From Clostridia bacterium (GTDB lineage: Bacteria > Bacillota > Clostridia > Oscillospirales > CAG-272): a stretch of 64,000 nt of DNA. Positions 9,472-19,079 of the stretch are shown one piece after another. The first letter of the stretch is position 1; each line of letters begins with the position of its first letter. The notes below the pieces were generated by a model. It ran no database searches. It was not told the origin of the DNA and was given only the letters and a program-made list of their open reading frames with translations. The position numbers and the translations under genes were made by a program. The stretch is from positions 3,680 through 67,679 of the forward strand of contig JAFVOP010000101.1 of NCBI GenBank assembly GCA_017505745.1, read 5' to 3'.

Positions 9472-10398
9472 ATGTCTATGATTGAATGCCTCTCTCTTGC
9501 AACCTCTCGGTGTGTCAAAATCCCCTCCCAAACGCTGATATGTCTTGGAAATTTTGATGGCGTGCATTATGCCCATCGCCAATTGATCCGTTTGGCGGCA
9601 GATACGCGCACACGGGAGTTCCCGAATGCCGCGTTGACTGTGTTTTGCTTCCGAACGCCGTCCTCCGATGTTCTTTTTCCTCATCAAGCTCCCACGCATC
9701 TCTCTACGCTGGAGCAAAAGCTGGACTATTTTCGCGAGGAAGGCGTAGAATACGTTTTTTTGGCCGATTTTCCTAAGCTCAGAGATCTTTCAAGGGAAGC
9801 GTTTGCACAAACCGTTCTCAAAGAGGTCTGTCGCTGTGTTTGTGCCGTTTGCGGATTTAACTACCGTTTTGGGAAAATGGGTGCCGGGACGGCAACCGAT
9901 CTTTCGGATCTGCTTGGTGCCCCGGTAAAAATCCAGGAAGAGATCTGTTTGCACGGAGAGACCGTCAGTTCTACAAGAATTCGTCGCTTACTCTCCGAGG
10001 GAAACGTGAAGGAGGCTGCCTGCTTGCTCACCAGACCCTACGGATTTCGGTCCAAGGTGGTGCATGGAAAGGCATTGGGACAAACCTGGAAGATTCCCAC
10101 GATGAATCAAAACCTTCCCCGGAATCTTTTGGTCCCGCGTCTTGGAGTTTACGTTACGGAATGCGAGATCGACGGCAAAAAGGTGCGAGGCGTTTCTAAC
10201 GTAGGGCTGCATCCCACGGTGGATCGGGAATCAAATGTGAACTGCGAGACGTTTTTGTTGGATTTTTCGGGCGATCTTTACGGTAAAGAGGTTTTCGTTG
10301 AATTTTTGGAGTTTCTTCGCCCGGAGAAAAAATTTGAAACCGTAGCACTGCTTCGAGAGCAGATTGCCTGCGATATTGAAGCGGCCAAACGCTACTGA
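9472..10398 (+). CDS. ribF: bifunctional riboflavin kinase / FMN adenylyltransferase
   Basis: LGNFDGVHYAH and VFLADF, plus the C-terminal kinase part GKALGQTWKIPTMN...GLHPT...ETFLLDF..DLYG. Confidence 0.9.
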   Translation: MSMIECLSLATSRCVKIPSQTLICLGNFDGVHYAHRQLIRLAADTRTREFPNAALTVFCFRTPSSDVLFPHQAPTHLSTLEQKLDYFREEGVEYVFLADFPKLRDLSREAFAQTVLKEVCRCVCAVCGFNYRFGKMGAGTATDLSDLLGAPVKIQEEICLHGETVSSTRIRRLLSEGNVKEAACLLTRPYGFRSKVVHGKALGQTWKIPTMNQNLPRNLLVPRLGVYVTECEIDGKKVRGVSNVGLHPTVDRESNVNCETFLLDFSGDLYGKEVFVEFLEFLRPEKKFETVALLREQIACDIEAAKRY

Positions 10399-10423
10399 AC
10401 CGTTACAAAAAGGAGTAGCTTAC

Positions 10424-11794
10424 ATGCAAATAATGCGCAAATTCAAGCAGTTTTTCTGCATTTTTGCGGTGTTGCTTTTCCTGTCTCCCGCACTCCCCGT
10501 CATGTCCGAAGAACCGGCGGCACCGTCCTTGAGCGAGGCAACTGCCGCTGTGCTTTGCTATCTGGAGGAAGAAACCGTCATTGTCTCCAAAAACGCCGAT
10601 GTACAGATCAATGCCGGCTCCACTGCCAAAATCATGGCGGGGTTGATTGCCTGCGAGGTGCTTGAAGAGCATTTATCGGAATCGGTGTGGATCACCGACG
10701 AAATGTTGGCGACGGCCGCAGGCCGAATCTTTGATATCCCGTCGGGAGACCGCCTCTCGGTGGAGCAGTTGCTCTATCTTGCCCTTTGCGGAAGCTATAA
10801 CGATGCATACGACGTATTGGCCTGTCATATTTCCGGCTCTTTATCCGCGTTTACCGATCGGATGAACCGACGTGCCGATGAGATCGGTCTCTCCTCTACC
10901 CGCTTTACCGATGCCAGCGGAATCAAAGACAATGCTATTACCACCGTACACGATCTTTTAAAACTTGCAAAGACAGCATATGAAAACGATCTTTACATGA
11001 AAATCACCTCCACCATGCGCTATTCCTCCCCGGCGACCCTGTTGATGGATGCAAAAAAGGTGTCCAATCGAAATGCCTTGATCTATTCTCAGGAAACCAC
11101 TGCCTACCACAATGATAAATGTCTTGGAATGAACGCGGGATATACCTCGAGTGCAGGAAGCTGTGTAGTGACTGCCGCTACCAACGGAAGTGAGACCTAC
11201 CTTTGTGTAGTGATGGGGGCAATGCAAACCAACACCGCCGATTTTGGATATGTTCTGGTGAATCGGTTGATCAACTGGGTTTATAAAACGTATGCAAAAA
11301 CACCGGTTCTTGCTCCCGAAACCGTGATCTGTACCCTTCCCGTGTCTATCGCGGATACGGCTACCGAGGTCACAATCCATACATTGGATGCACTATCCTG
11401 CTATCTTCCCGTTGGGATCGATGCCGAGAAAGAAATCACGTATAGCGTACGTCTTCTCTATACCGAATTGGAGGCACCTGTGGAGCAGGATCGGATGGTG
11501 GGGTACGTTGCGGTGATGTATCAGGGAAAAACCGTCGGAACACTTCCGCTTTACACGGCAGAGACAGTAGAACGAAGTAGCTTTATCGGGAGCATCAAAA
11601 ATGCGCAATCCCTTATGAAAAGTCGGGTATTCGTGGCCGGTGTCAGTTTTTTTGCAATTGCGTTTACCGCTTGGATGGTAACCGAAGCGATCCTTTTGCG
11701 CAGAAAACGCCACAAATGGGACAAATACTTCAGCGAAAAAATGAATCCCGCGCCACATTCCATGATTGACCGGAATCCAAGCAAGCGAAAATAG
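10424..11794 (+). CDS. D-alanyl-D-alanine carboxypeptidase (S11, DacB/PBP5-like) with C-terminal membrane anchor
   Basis: Signal peptide, SxxK as GSTAKIMAG, and a C-terminal TM segment VFVAGVSFFAIAFTAWMV. ATG 10424 lies behind AAAGGAG. Confidence 0.8.
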   Translation: MQIMRKFKQFFCIFAVLLFLSPALPVMSEEPAAPSLSEATAAVLCYLEEETVIVSKNADVQINAGSTAKIMAGLIACEVLEEHLSESVWITDEMLATAAGRIFDIPSGDRLSVEQLLYLALCGSYNDAYDVLACHISGSLSAFTDRMNRRADEIGLSSTRFTDASGIKDNAITTVHDLLKLAKTAYENDLYMKITSTMRYSSPATLLMDAKKVSNRNALIYSQETTAYHNDKCLGMNAGYTSSAGSCVVTAATNGSETYLCVVMGAMQTNTADFGYVLVNRLINWVYKTYAKTPVLAPETVICTLPVSIADTATEVTIHTLDALSCYLPVGIDAEKEITYSVRLLYTELEAPVEQDRMVGYVAVMYQGKTVGTLPLYTAETVERSSFIGSIKNAQSLMKSRVFVAGVSFFAIAFTAWMVTEAILLRRKRHKWDKYFSEKMNPAPHSMIDRNPSKRK

Positions 11795-11798
11795 GCGA

Positions 11799-12332
11799 TC
11801 ATCCGCGAAACAACACGGAGAAATTCAAGATCAGCATATACGTCAACCAAATATCGTGAAATAACAGAAGCATGCCTGCAAATTTGGTAACGCGATAAAA
11901 GGAATAGGTTACTGCTACCGCCAAGCATAGGATCAGGATCGATTCGAGAACGCTTAAAAACACCAATTGTGCTCCAAACAACGTGGGATACCAACAAAGC
12001 TCTAAAACGGCAAGAAGAACGAACAGCATTCCTCCCTTGTACTTTTCTCCTTCCCCGCCGCCCACGCGGTAGCACAGAACAAAGCCGGCAGCGCATCCAA
12101 CGGTGAAAAAAGATAGCGTCCAAAGAAGCGTCATGATCCAGACCGGGGGAACGATCTCCCCGATTCCAAGCTCTAATATGGTCCGGTACGGACTTCCTAC
12201 AAAGGCGCGCACAACGATTGCGCTGACCGTAAAAAGAAATCCCGCCACGACCATCCAAGCAGGGCTGGAACGTTCCATCTCCGAATTGAGCCAGGCATTC
12301 ACCGTCATCTTTCCATATTTTCTCTTATACAA
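11799..12332 (-). CDS. TspO/MBR-like tryptophan-rich membrane protein (start uncertain: 12332 TTG or 12308 ATG)
   Basis: Five hydrophobic spans and Trp-rich motifs VPPVWIMTLLWTLSF and LCWYPTLFG. The family call is from memory only. Confidence 0.5.
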   Translation of the reverse strand: MYKRKYGKMTVNAWLNSEMERSSPAWMVVAGFLFTVSAIVVRAFVGSPYRTILELGIGEIVPPVWIMTLLWTLSFFTVGCAAGFVLCYRVGGGEGEKYKGGMLFVLLAVLELCWYPTLFGAQLVFLSVLESILILCLAVAVTYSFYRVTKFAGMLLLFHDIWLTYMLILNFSVLFRG

Positions 12333-12360
12333 AACAGCACCTCCGCTCCGAGGTGCTGTT
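12333..12360. terminator. hairpin downstream of PBP1A
   Basis: aacagcacctc / gaggtgctgtt with a 6-nt loop, flanked by an A-run and a T-run. Confidence 0.55.
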
Positions 12361-12402
12361 TTTTGCGCACCTCTGTTTTACAGTATGAGCGCGCCCGTTG
12401 CA

Positions 12403-14826
12403 TTATTCATCCCAAAAAGGAAGATCATTCGGTATTTTGGGAGGAAAGCTTTCATTGTCAATGGATGGAGAATGCTCATAGCAGGAGCGGTTGTATTGCT
12501 TTGTTGCATAGGAAATCCCCCAATAACCGTCACGTGCTTTTGCAAAATAAGCCATAGTAGGATTTTCATTGGGCAAAAGGTCTCTCGGGTCCCCTCCGTA
12601 TACATACTGCGCATCGCTTATATATAGTTGAAACGGAAAGCTTCGCTTTACACGGATCAAACCGATTTCCTTTGTCTGCTCTTCCGGGCAAAAGCCGTGG
12701 GAAACCCCTCCGTTCTCCAAATCATACCGGCAAATCTGATGGCAATCACAAAAGGAATGCGGTTCTTTACCCTGAATAAACCAACCAACCTCCGCCCGAT
12801 TTCCGCGCGGATCCTTTTGACAGGCATCTCCGATGAGCCTTCCGGAATCCTTGCAGTAGGTAGCGCGTACGACTGTAGGCGGAACTTCAAATCGCGTTTT
12901 TCCTCCTTTCACCTCCACGATTTCATTCATCACCTGATCCCAGATTTGCGTGCAGATGTTTTTGCCTTCCAAGGGTTCCGGATACTCGTAGCCGCACCAA
13001 ACGCCGCAAATAAGCTCCGGAGTATATCCAACAAACCAACGGTCGAAATCCTTCGTTGTGGTCCCGCTTTTCCCAGCGCATTCTATCCTTTGATCCAGTG
13101 TGATCGAGGAGGAGGTACCGTCTCGGATCACCCCCTGCATCAGCTTGGTCATGATTGCAGCATTCTCCTCACGGAGCGCGATCTCTCCCACATCGGCTTT
13201 GGAAAGAAGGATTCTTCCTTCGCTATCCAAAACCCGATAATAGCTTTTCCAAGGATGATAAACACCTGCATCGGCAAATGCGGTATAGGCGGCGGTCAGA
13301 TCCCGCAAGGTAACGCCGTAGTTGAGCTGCCCCAGAGCCAAAGCCGCGTAGTCACAGTCATTGGCCTCCGGATCTGATACCATTCCGTTCAGATGAAATA
13401 CGTTTTTCCCAAATTGAAATGCAGTTTCCAATCCCAGATCCTCAAGAACACGAACTGCTACCGTATTGGTGGACTGCGCAATCGCATAGGGGATATTGGT
13501 GAGCCCCCGATAAACTCCGGTTGCATTTTTGGGCCAGGTAGAATGTCCTGTAAACCGGACGGGAACGTCATCGTAAACACTTGCCCAATCGATGATGCCT
13601 TGCTCCAATGCGGGAGCATACACGGTGAGCGGTTTCATGGCGGATCCGGGTGGGCGCAAGGTTTGGGTTGCAAAGTTTTGTATTCGATTTGCCTTTTTAT
13701 CCCCCACCGCTCCCGCAACACCCAAAACGTCACCTGTTTTTGCATCCAGTACGATTAAGGAGGACTGCGCAGATTTTCCATCTTTGTTTTGCGGTACTTT
13801 AATCGCGGTACGGTAATATTCTTCCACCAGCTCCTGAATCTCGGGATCCATTGCCATCTCGATCCGAAAACCACCGGTATACAGAAATTGAGACGCCGCA
13901 TTTCGGTTCAAGCCGTATTTTTGCATCAGATCGCCGATCACGTCCTCAATTACCATATCGACGTACCAGGAGTTGACCCGCTCTCCTTTGGGATCCGTGT
14001 CGGCCACATTCAAATGAAGCTCCTCGGAAATCGCGCTTTGATAGGCCTCTTCCAAAAGATATCCTTGCGCGTACATTTCCGAAAGGATCAGATTGCGTCG
14101 AGCAAGGTTGTGTTCGGGATTCCGAATGGGGTTATAGTAGGAAGGACTGTTGGTAATAGCGGCAATGCTTGCTGCTTCGGCAACCGTAAGCTCTCCCGGA
14201 GTTTTGGAAAAATAATGCCAGGCAGCCTCCGAGATGCCATTGCATTGATCGGAAAAGTGGATCACATTGAGGTACATTTCCAATATTTCGGTTTTATCCA
14301 GCATTCTCTCCATGTCAAGTGCATAAAACATCTCCTGTATTTTCCGACGGATCGATCTCCCATCCTCTCCCGTCAGATTTTTGATCAACTGTTGCGTGAT
14401 CGTAGATCCGCCGAACTGCTTGGAGGACCCCAGAACGTAATGAAGCGTTGCCGAGGCTGTGCGGCGCCAATCAACGCCGTTATGCTCAAAAAAACGCTTG
14501 TCCTCAATGGCAATAAATGCATGGAGCAAATCCTTTGGAATATCGGGATAGTGAATATAAGACGTTTTTTTCTGCGAAAAAGCCTCGGCAGTTACGTTTT
14601 CCGGAACACCGACCCGGTTTAAGCGATCCTCAAACCGATACACAAAGAACTGCGGAGACTCCCCTTTCACACGAAGCTTAAAAAAGTCAGCCGGCAGCGC
14701 CGTTTCAAAGTGAGTACGAATGTAGAGCCCTCCTATCGGGATCGCGCACGCGGTTACCAGCAGAAGCACGGCTAAAATTCGAAGCGTCCATTCCCATGCA
14801 TTCCCTCTCTTTCGGTTTGATTTCAT
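12403..14826 (-). CDS. class A penicillin-binding protein (PBP1A: glycosyltransferase + transpeptidase)
   Basis: EDKRFFEHNG, GGSTITQQL, GSAMKP (SxxK), QSTN, KSGTT. ATG 14826 (MKSNRKRG + TM) lies behind AGGTGA. The track's upstream extension is rejected. Confidence 0.9.
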   Translation of the reverse strand: MKSNRKRGNAWEWTLRILAVLLLVTACAIPIGGLYIRTHFETALPADFFKLRVKGESPQFFVYRFEDRLNRVGVPENVTAEAFSQKKTSYIHYPDIPKDLLHAFIAIEDKRFFEHNGVDWRRTASATLHYVLGSSKQFGGSTITQQLIKNLTGEDGRSIRRKIQEMFYALDMERMLDKTEILEMYLNVIHFSDQCNGISEAAWHYFSKTPGELTVAEAASIAAITNSPSYYNPIRNPEHNLARRNLILSEMYAQGYLLEEAYQSAISEELHLNVADTDPKGERVNSWYVDMVIEDVIGDLMQKYGLNRNAASQFLYTGGFRIEMAMDPEIQELVEEYYRTAIKVPQNKDGKSAQSSLIVLDAKTGDVLGVAGAVGDKKANRIQNFATQTLRPPGSAMKPLTVYAPALEQGIIDWASVYDDVPVRFTGHSTWPKNATGVYRGLTNIPYAIAQSTNTVAVRVLEDLGLETAFQFGKNVFHLNGMVSDPEANDCDYAALALGQLNYGVTLRDLTAAYTAFADAGVYHPWKSYYRVLDSEGRILLSKADVGEIALREENAAIMTKLMQGVIRDGTSSSITLDQRIECAGKSGTTTKDFDRWFVGYTPELICGVWCGYEYPEPLEGKNICTQIWDQVMNEIVEVKGGKTRFEVPPTVVRATYCKDSGRLIGDACQKDPRGNRAEVGWFIQGKEPHSFCDCHQICRYDLENGGVSHGFCPEEQTKEIGLIRVKRSFPFQLYISDAQYVYGGDPRDLLPNENPTMAYFAKARDGYWGISYATKQYNRSCYEHSPSIDNESFPPKIPNDLPFWDE

Positions 14827-14946
14827 AATTTTTTCACCTGCCATTGCAATTTTATAAAAGTATTCCACGAATCGGTGTATATTAGACACAAAAACGGGGA
14901 TGCTATTATTCCCGAGAATGCAAAAAAATGAAAAAGGAGCTAAGGA

Positions 14947-15369
14947 ATGGATACCTCTAAAATTTTGCTTATTCTTTGCTGTTTCGTCCTGACGGTCTGC
15001 CTCACACTCAGCATTTCTACCCTGGTGGTTTTGCGAAACGCCATTGAGGAGCACGGAGCAGTACAGGAGAATGCGCAAAGCATAATGGAAAGTCTTGACG
15101 CGTGTGTAAACGATTTGCATGAGCTGACAACCAAAGATCCGTCTGTTTCTGCCTCAACGAATCCCGACAGGAATTCCTCATCTCTCTCGTTCGTTTTACG
15201 GGAGATAAACGGGAAGATCGGGGTTTATTCTTCGGAAGGAGAACTCCTGAAATGGTTGGATCTGCCGGTCAATCATCTTCCAAAAGCCGACCGGGAAGCA
15301 CTTCAAAAAGGAATCTCCGTTGGCTCCTGGCGAGAGCTTATCGCATTGATCCAGGATTACACCGCATGA
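14947..15369 (+). CDS. small membrane-anchored protein, unknown function
   Basis: N-terminal TM segment ILLILCCFVLTVCLTL, then a soluble domain ..LREINGKIGVYSSEGELLKWLDLPVNHLPKADREALQKGISV. AGGAGC precedes the ATG. Confidence 0.5.
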   Translation: MDTSKILLILCCFVLTVCLTLSISTLVVLRNAIEEHGAVQENAQSIMESLDACVNDLHELTTKDPSVSASTNPDRNSSSLSFVLREINGKIGVYSSEGELLKWLDLPVNHLPKADREALQKGISVGSWRELIALIQDYTA

Positions 15370-15373
15370 GAAG

Positions 15374-15421
15374 AACGCGCTGTCCTCTGTGCCTGTATGC
15401 AGAGGACAACGCGCTTTTTTA
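15374..15421. terminator. hairpin terminator between convergent genes
   Basis: aacgcgctgtcctctg / cagaggacaacgcgct followed by tttttt. Confidence 0.6.
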
Positions 15422-16126
15422 TCCAACCCCAAGCAACTGACTGACGGTAACCGGCTCAAATCCCATTTCCAACAGCTTGGGAAGCAGAATTTCGAGTGCT
15501 TCGGGAGTTCGGCTGTGTCTGCCAATATAGTCGTGCATAAGAATGATATCGCCCGATTCCACGTTCGACAGCACCGTTTCTACAATCCGCTCGGTTTCCT
15601 TATTCTCCCAATCACGGGTATCCAAGCTCCATAGGATCAATTTATAATCATTGCTTTCACTGCAATGCTCCACATACGTGTTTACCGCTCCCTCGGGAGG
15701 GCGAAACAGGTGCGGGCGATATTCACATAGCTCCTCCAGTGCGTCCTCGCACAGTCCCAACTCCCGCACCACCTCTTCTTCGCTCAACTGCTTTAAGTGA
15801 GAGTGCGAAAAGGTATGATTTCCAACCTCGTGCCCCGCTTGTAACACCGCCCGAGCAGCATCGGGATAGTTGAGGACATTGACCCCCACCATAAAAAACG
15901 TAGCTTTCACGTCATAGGCATCCAAAATATCCAGGATCCGTTGGGTGAGGATCGGATGCGGGCCGTCATCAAACGTAAGTGCGATCTTCATGGAATCGTT
16001 TTTCACCGAGCGGTAAACCTCTCCCTCCGCCATTGTTTCAACTGTTATAAACCGTCCTAAGATGCAGGTTACGAGCATGACGGAAACCAAACGAAGCAGC
16101 GTCTGTCTGAGCCTGTAGCAATGCAT
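15419..16126 (-). CDS. polysaccharide deacetylase (NodB/CE4)
   Basis: ALTFDDGPHP and GNHTFSH. ATG 16126 lies 6 nt after GGGAG and 1 nt after the upstream stop. Confidence 0.85.
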   Translation of the reverse strand: MHCYRLRQTLLRLVSVMLVTCILGRFITVETMAEGEVYRSVKNDSMKIALTFDDGPHPILTQRILDILDAYDVKATFFMVGVNVLNYPDAARAVLQAGHEVGNHTFSHSHLKQLSEEEVVRELGLCEDALEELCEYRPHLFRPPEGAVNTYVEHCSESNDYKLILWSLDTRDWENKETERIVETVLSNVESGDIILMHDYIGRHSRTPEALEILLPKLLEMGFEPVTVSQLLGVG

Positions 16127-16127
16127 A

Positions 16128-16916
16128 TTACGCTCCCGTAAGCTCATCCAAGGTTCCAAAGCGATAGCCCTCGCTTTTCAATGTGCGGATCACATCCTGC
16201 AAAATCGCCGCGTTGGTTGCGGACGTGGGGTGCAGAAGCATCACCTCCCCATTGTGCACGTTTTCCAGAATGATTGACTTAGCTCTCTCCTCGCTCATTT
16301 GTTTGCCGTTGTCCCAATCGGGATAGGCAAAGCTCCAGAATACGGTCTTATAGCCGTTTTTCTCGGTAAAAACAAGGTTTTTTCGACTAAACCGCCCTTC
16401 GGGGGGACGGTAATATTTGGACAATTCCCGTCCTGTAACCTCTTTGTAAAGTGCTTCCAGCTTTTGCAATTCTACCATTAACACGGCATCATCGGCACGG
16501 CTCATATCCCGGTGTGACGCGGTGTGGTTACACACGGTATGCCCCTCCTCTGCCATCCGTATAACCAGCGCAGGTTCCTGTTTTAAAAGATTGCTTAAAA
16601 TAAAGAATGCTCCGGGAACGTCTTCGGCCTTTAAAATGTCCAAAATTTTTGCTACGTTTCCGTTTTCATATCCTGCGTCAAACGTGAGATAGATCACCTT
16701 GTCATCGGCATTGGGATCCGTGTGACGGTGGTCAATATAGTAGCCCCCAAATTCTTCCACAAACGCAAGATCGCTATCCGCACAAGGCTGCAAATGCTCC
16801 TTGACGTGCTTGCAGTACCAGCTGTACCGCTCTTGTTCGGCCGAACACAAAAAAATCAGCATGCTACATATCACAAATCCCGTGATGCATCCGATCCAAA
16901 TTTTTTTCATCTTCAC
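16128..16916 (-). CDS. PdaA-like delta-lactam-biosynthetic de-N-acetylase (NodB/CE4)
   Basis: VIYLTFDAGYENGNVAKILDILK, GAFFILSN and CNHTASHRDM resemble B. subtilis PdaA. A signal/anchor sequence is present. Confidence 0.8.
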   Translation of the reverse strand: MKMKKIWIGCITGFVICSMLIFLCSAEQERYSWYCKHVKEHLQPCADSDLAFVEEFGGYYIDHRHTDPNADDKVIYLTFDAGYENGNVAKILDILKAEDVPGAFFILSNLLKQEPALVIRMAEEGHTVCNHTASHRDMSRADDAVLMVELQKLEALYKEVTGRELSKYYRPPEGRFSRKNLVFTEKNGYKTVFWSFAYPDWDNGKQMSEERAKSIILENVHNGEVMLLHPTSATNAAILQDVIRTLKSEGYRFGTLDELTGA

Positions 16917-16984
16917 TATCTCCTTTCAAACCGCTTTGAAAACAGTTTTTGCAGCTTTGGCATAAATCAATCCGTGTAAAAAAT

Positions 16985-17024
16985 AACGGGAGAAGAAACT
17001 TTTTTCAAAGTTTCTTCTCCCGTT
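16985..17024 (-). terminator. rho-independent terminator of the 454-aa/193-aa operon
   Basis: Perfect 18-bp stem aacgggagaagaaacttt / aaagtttcttctcccgtt. On the minus strand it is followed by attttttt. Confidence 0.75.
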
Positions 17025-17030
17025 TTCGCT

Positions 17031-17612
17031 TTATGAAATTTTAAAAAGCGAGATCTTACAATCCACACATGCGGAATTGCTTTTCTCATTGACGGCACCG
17101 CAACGGCTACAAACAATCTTTTCTTTTTCCGTATTCTCAGTTACGAAAGGAAAATGCAAGCCATTATAAAACAACAATTTGTCTCCCACCTCATATCCGC
17201 GTGAGCAATGTGCCGGAAGCCTTACTGTTTTCGTTTCTTTCTTTTCACTTTTTAATTCTAAAAAAACGTAACGTACATTTTCGAACTGTGTATAAATCCT
17301 TACAAATCCTTCGTTTTCTTTTACGGTTTGCTCATACTTATTCTCTACCGTTACATACCATGATTTCCCGAACAGCAATCCGCGAGGCTTTGCAAGAAAA
17401 GAATACAGAAAACAAATTGCAATTACACAGAAAAGAATGACGGCTTTATTCTTCACGCGGTTCATTTCCGCAAGAGTAAACCAGGTCAAGCTCAAAATGA
17501 CGGTATCCAGTAGCAAAACCTTGATTGCTTTCTTGATCTTTCGCATACGGACGTACCGATACAGATCGGGAGCCTCCCGCTTTAACCGTGATTTTATTTG
17601 CTTTATATCCAT
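17031..17612 (-). CDS. membrane protein with C-terminal zinc ribbon, unknown function
   Basis: Two TM spans, then CSRCGAVNEKSNSACVDC. The gene is visibly AT-rich relative to its neighbours. It overlaps the upstream gene by 10 nt. Confidence 0.55.
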   Translation of the reverse strand: MDIKQIKSRLKREAPDLYRYVRMRKIKKAIKVLLLDTVILSLTWFTLAEMNRVKNKAVILFCVIAICFLYSFLAKPRGLLFGKSWYVTVENKYEQTVKENEGFVRIYTQFENVRYVFLELKSEKKETKTVRLPAHCSRGYEVGDKLLFYNGLHFPFVTENTEKEKIVCSRCGAVNEKSNSACVDCKISLFKIS

Positions 17613-18967
17613 TTATACGGGTCCTTTCTGTCGAGCTTTCCGATGCAATCGGCTTGCAGACTGCGGATAAAGGCGTTGCCCGTATAAACCAGATATTCGC
17701 CGATACGGTCTCCGTTGTCCACCTCGCGCGTGGTATTTTGAACCTTGCGCAACACCTTTTTGGGAACCGGATTGAGAATCAGGAGCTTCTCTCCGTCTGC
17801 CTCAAATCGGTAGTCGATACTGGTTGTGTAGCTAAGGATTTCCCGCTCGCCGTCCTTGGCGGGCATTTCCGCTTGCACATAACCGCCAACGCTTGTCATT
17901 CTTGCCTGGAAGGTGCGCAAAAGACCGGCAACGCGTGTACAGGTTCCGTTCTCGTCCAGAATCATCTGATTCCCCCGTTTTACACTGGCCAGGAGTCGGC
18001 AATAATAGGTTTTTCCGTGCGCCGTCACACCAAAGCAATATCCGTTGGTATCTCGAAAAATCGAACGGTACGGACGTCGGCAATCAAAAAGCTCAAAGCC
18101 GTTCTCCAAGCAAATTCGTTTCAATTTTCGAATAAATTTTCCACGGTAACGAAGCGCGCGCAGGTAAAACCATACGATCACAGCCAAGAGCGGGACAAAG
18201 AATAGCGGGGTAACAAGCAAAAGTCTTGCAATTCCGAGTAAATTGATCAGGACAGCCAACGTGACTGCCGCCATAGGAATTACCCAAACGTAGATCAACA
18301 TATATCCAAGCAATCGCAACAAAAAACTGCCAAAGCTGTATTTCCGCTGCTTCTTTTTTGACATTGACATCCAAACCCGATGACTCATCAGGCGTCCCGG
18401 CAGCTCCAACCAGTAGTTACGTGCATCCAAGCGCGAGTGAAAGGACAGGAGAAACGATGCAATCGCAAACAGAACGGTGAGTAGCAAGCGTTGCAGAATG
18501 GGCGACAGTGCGGCTTTGAGCGTAGGGATCAGATTCCAGATATGGCTGTATCCGTAGATTGGAGGAAAAACAAGAAAGAAAACCCAAAGTGAGCCAAGCT
18601 CAACCCAGAAGGGCCAATCATGCAGGATTATTCCCTTCTCCTTTCTCGCATCATACTCCTCCAACGTTGCTCGTTGCAAAAACATCTCGCGATCCAAGCG
18701 GTGATAAAGAGCAAAGGTCAGCAATACCGAATTCAGCATCAGAATCAGTAAAAGAATCCCAAGGATTTCTCGGATTACCGCTTCATAAGGAATATATCCT
18801 TCGGCGATCGAATGGAAATTAGAATGGATCGAATCCACCGTCAAGCGGCACATCAGCGCATATGCCGCGTAGGTACCGATGGCGCGCAACACCGCCATAA
18901 CATGCGGATACGCCCTGTGTGCTTTTACTTTTTGTAAAAAGTGGATGTAATCTTCTCTGTCAAACAT
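17603..18967 (-). CDS. polytopic membrane protein with about 150-aa C-terminal soluble domain, unknown function
   Basis: 454-aa ORF with AAGGAGAGG before the ATG. It has about 8 hydrophobic spans, then ..CLENGFELFDCRRPYRSIFRDTNGYCFGVTAHGKTYYCRLL.. Confidence 0.6.
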   Translation of the reverse strand: MFDREDYIHFLQKVKAHRAYPHVMAVLRAIGTYAAYALMCRLTVDSIHSNFHSIAEGYIPYEAVIREILGILLLILMLNSVLLTFALYHRLDREMFLQRATLEEYDARKEKGIILHDWPFWVELGSLWVFFLVFPPIYGYSHIWNLIPTLKAALSPILQRLLLTVLFAIASFLLSFHSRLDARNYWLELPGRLMSHRVWMSMSKKKQRKYSFGSFLLRLLGYMLIYVWVIPMAAVTLAVLINLLGIARLLLVTPLFFVPLLAVIVWFYLRALRYRGKFIRKLKRICLENGFELFDCRRPYRSIFRDTNGYCFGVTAHGKTYYCRLLASVKRGNQMILDENGTCTRVAGLLRTFQARMTSVGGYVQAEMPAKDGEREILSYTTSIDYRFEADGEKLLILNPVPKKVLRKVQNTTREVDNGDRIGEYLVYTGNAFIRSLQADCIGKLDRKDPYKWI

Positions 18968-18990
18968 AGGCCTCTCCTTGCTTTAGAAAT

Positions 18991-19026
18991 GAAAAAGCGG
19001 ACCTTGCAACAGTCTGCAAAATCCGT
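18991..19026 (-). terminator. strand-specific intrinsic terminator located inside the 5' leader (attenuator candidate)
   Basis: On the minus-strand RNA, CGGAUUUUGCA pairs with UGCAAGGUCCG for 11 bp (2 G-U pairs that would be C-A mismatches on the + strand), followed by C-UUUUUC. Confidence 0.5.
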
Positions 19027-19079
19027 TTTTTCGATTCTTCCGGTGACTGTCGCTTAAAATCATTTTGATTTGTAATTCA

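Noticed and set aside
14827-15120. N-terminal extension of the PBP1A ORF (track start at 15120).
   Set aside because: The extension overlaps the divergent promoter region and the start of the 14947 gene. The canonical MKSNRKRG-TM start at 14826 has an SD.
18984-19064. 26-codon upstream ORF (MILSDSHRKNRKNGFCRLLQGPLFHF) spanning the leader terminator, considered as a leader peptide.
   Set aside because: There is no SD upstream of its ATG and no codon bias suggestive of an amino-acid sensor. I keep it only as a remote possibility.
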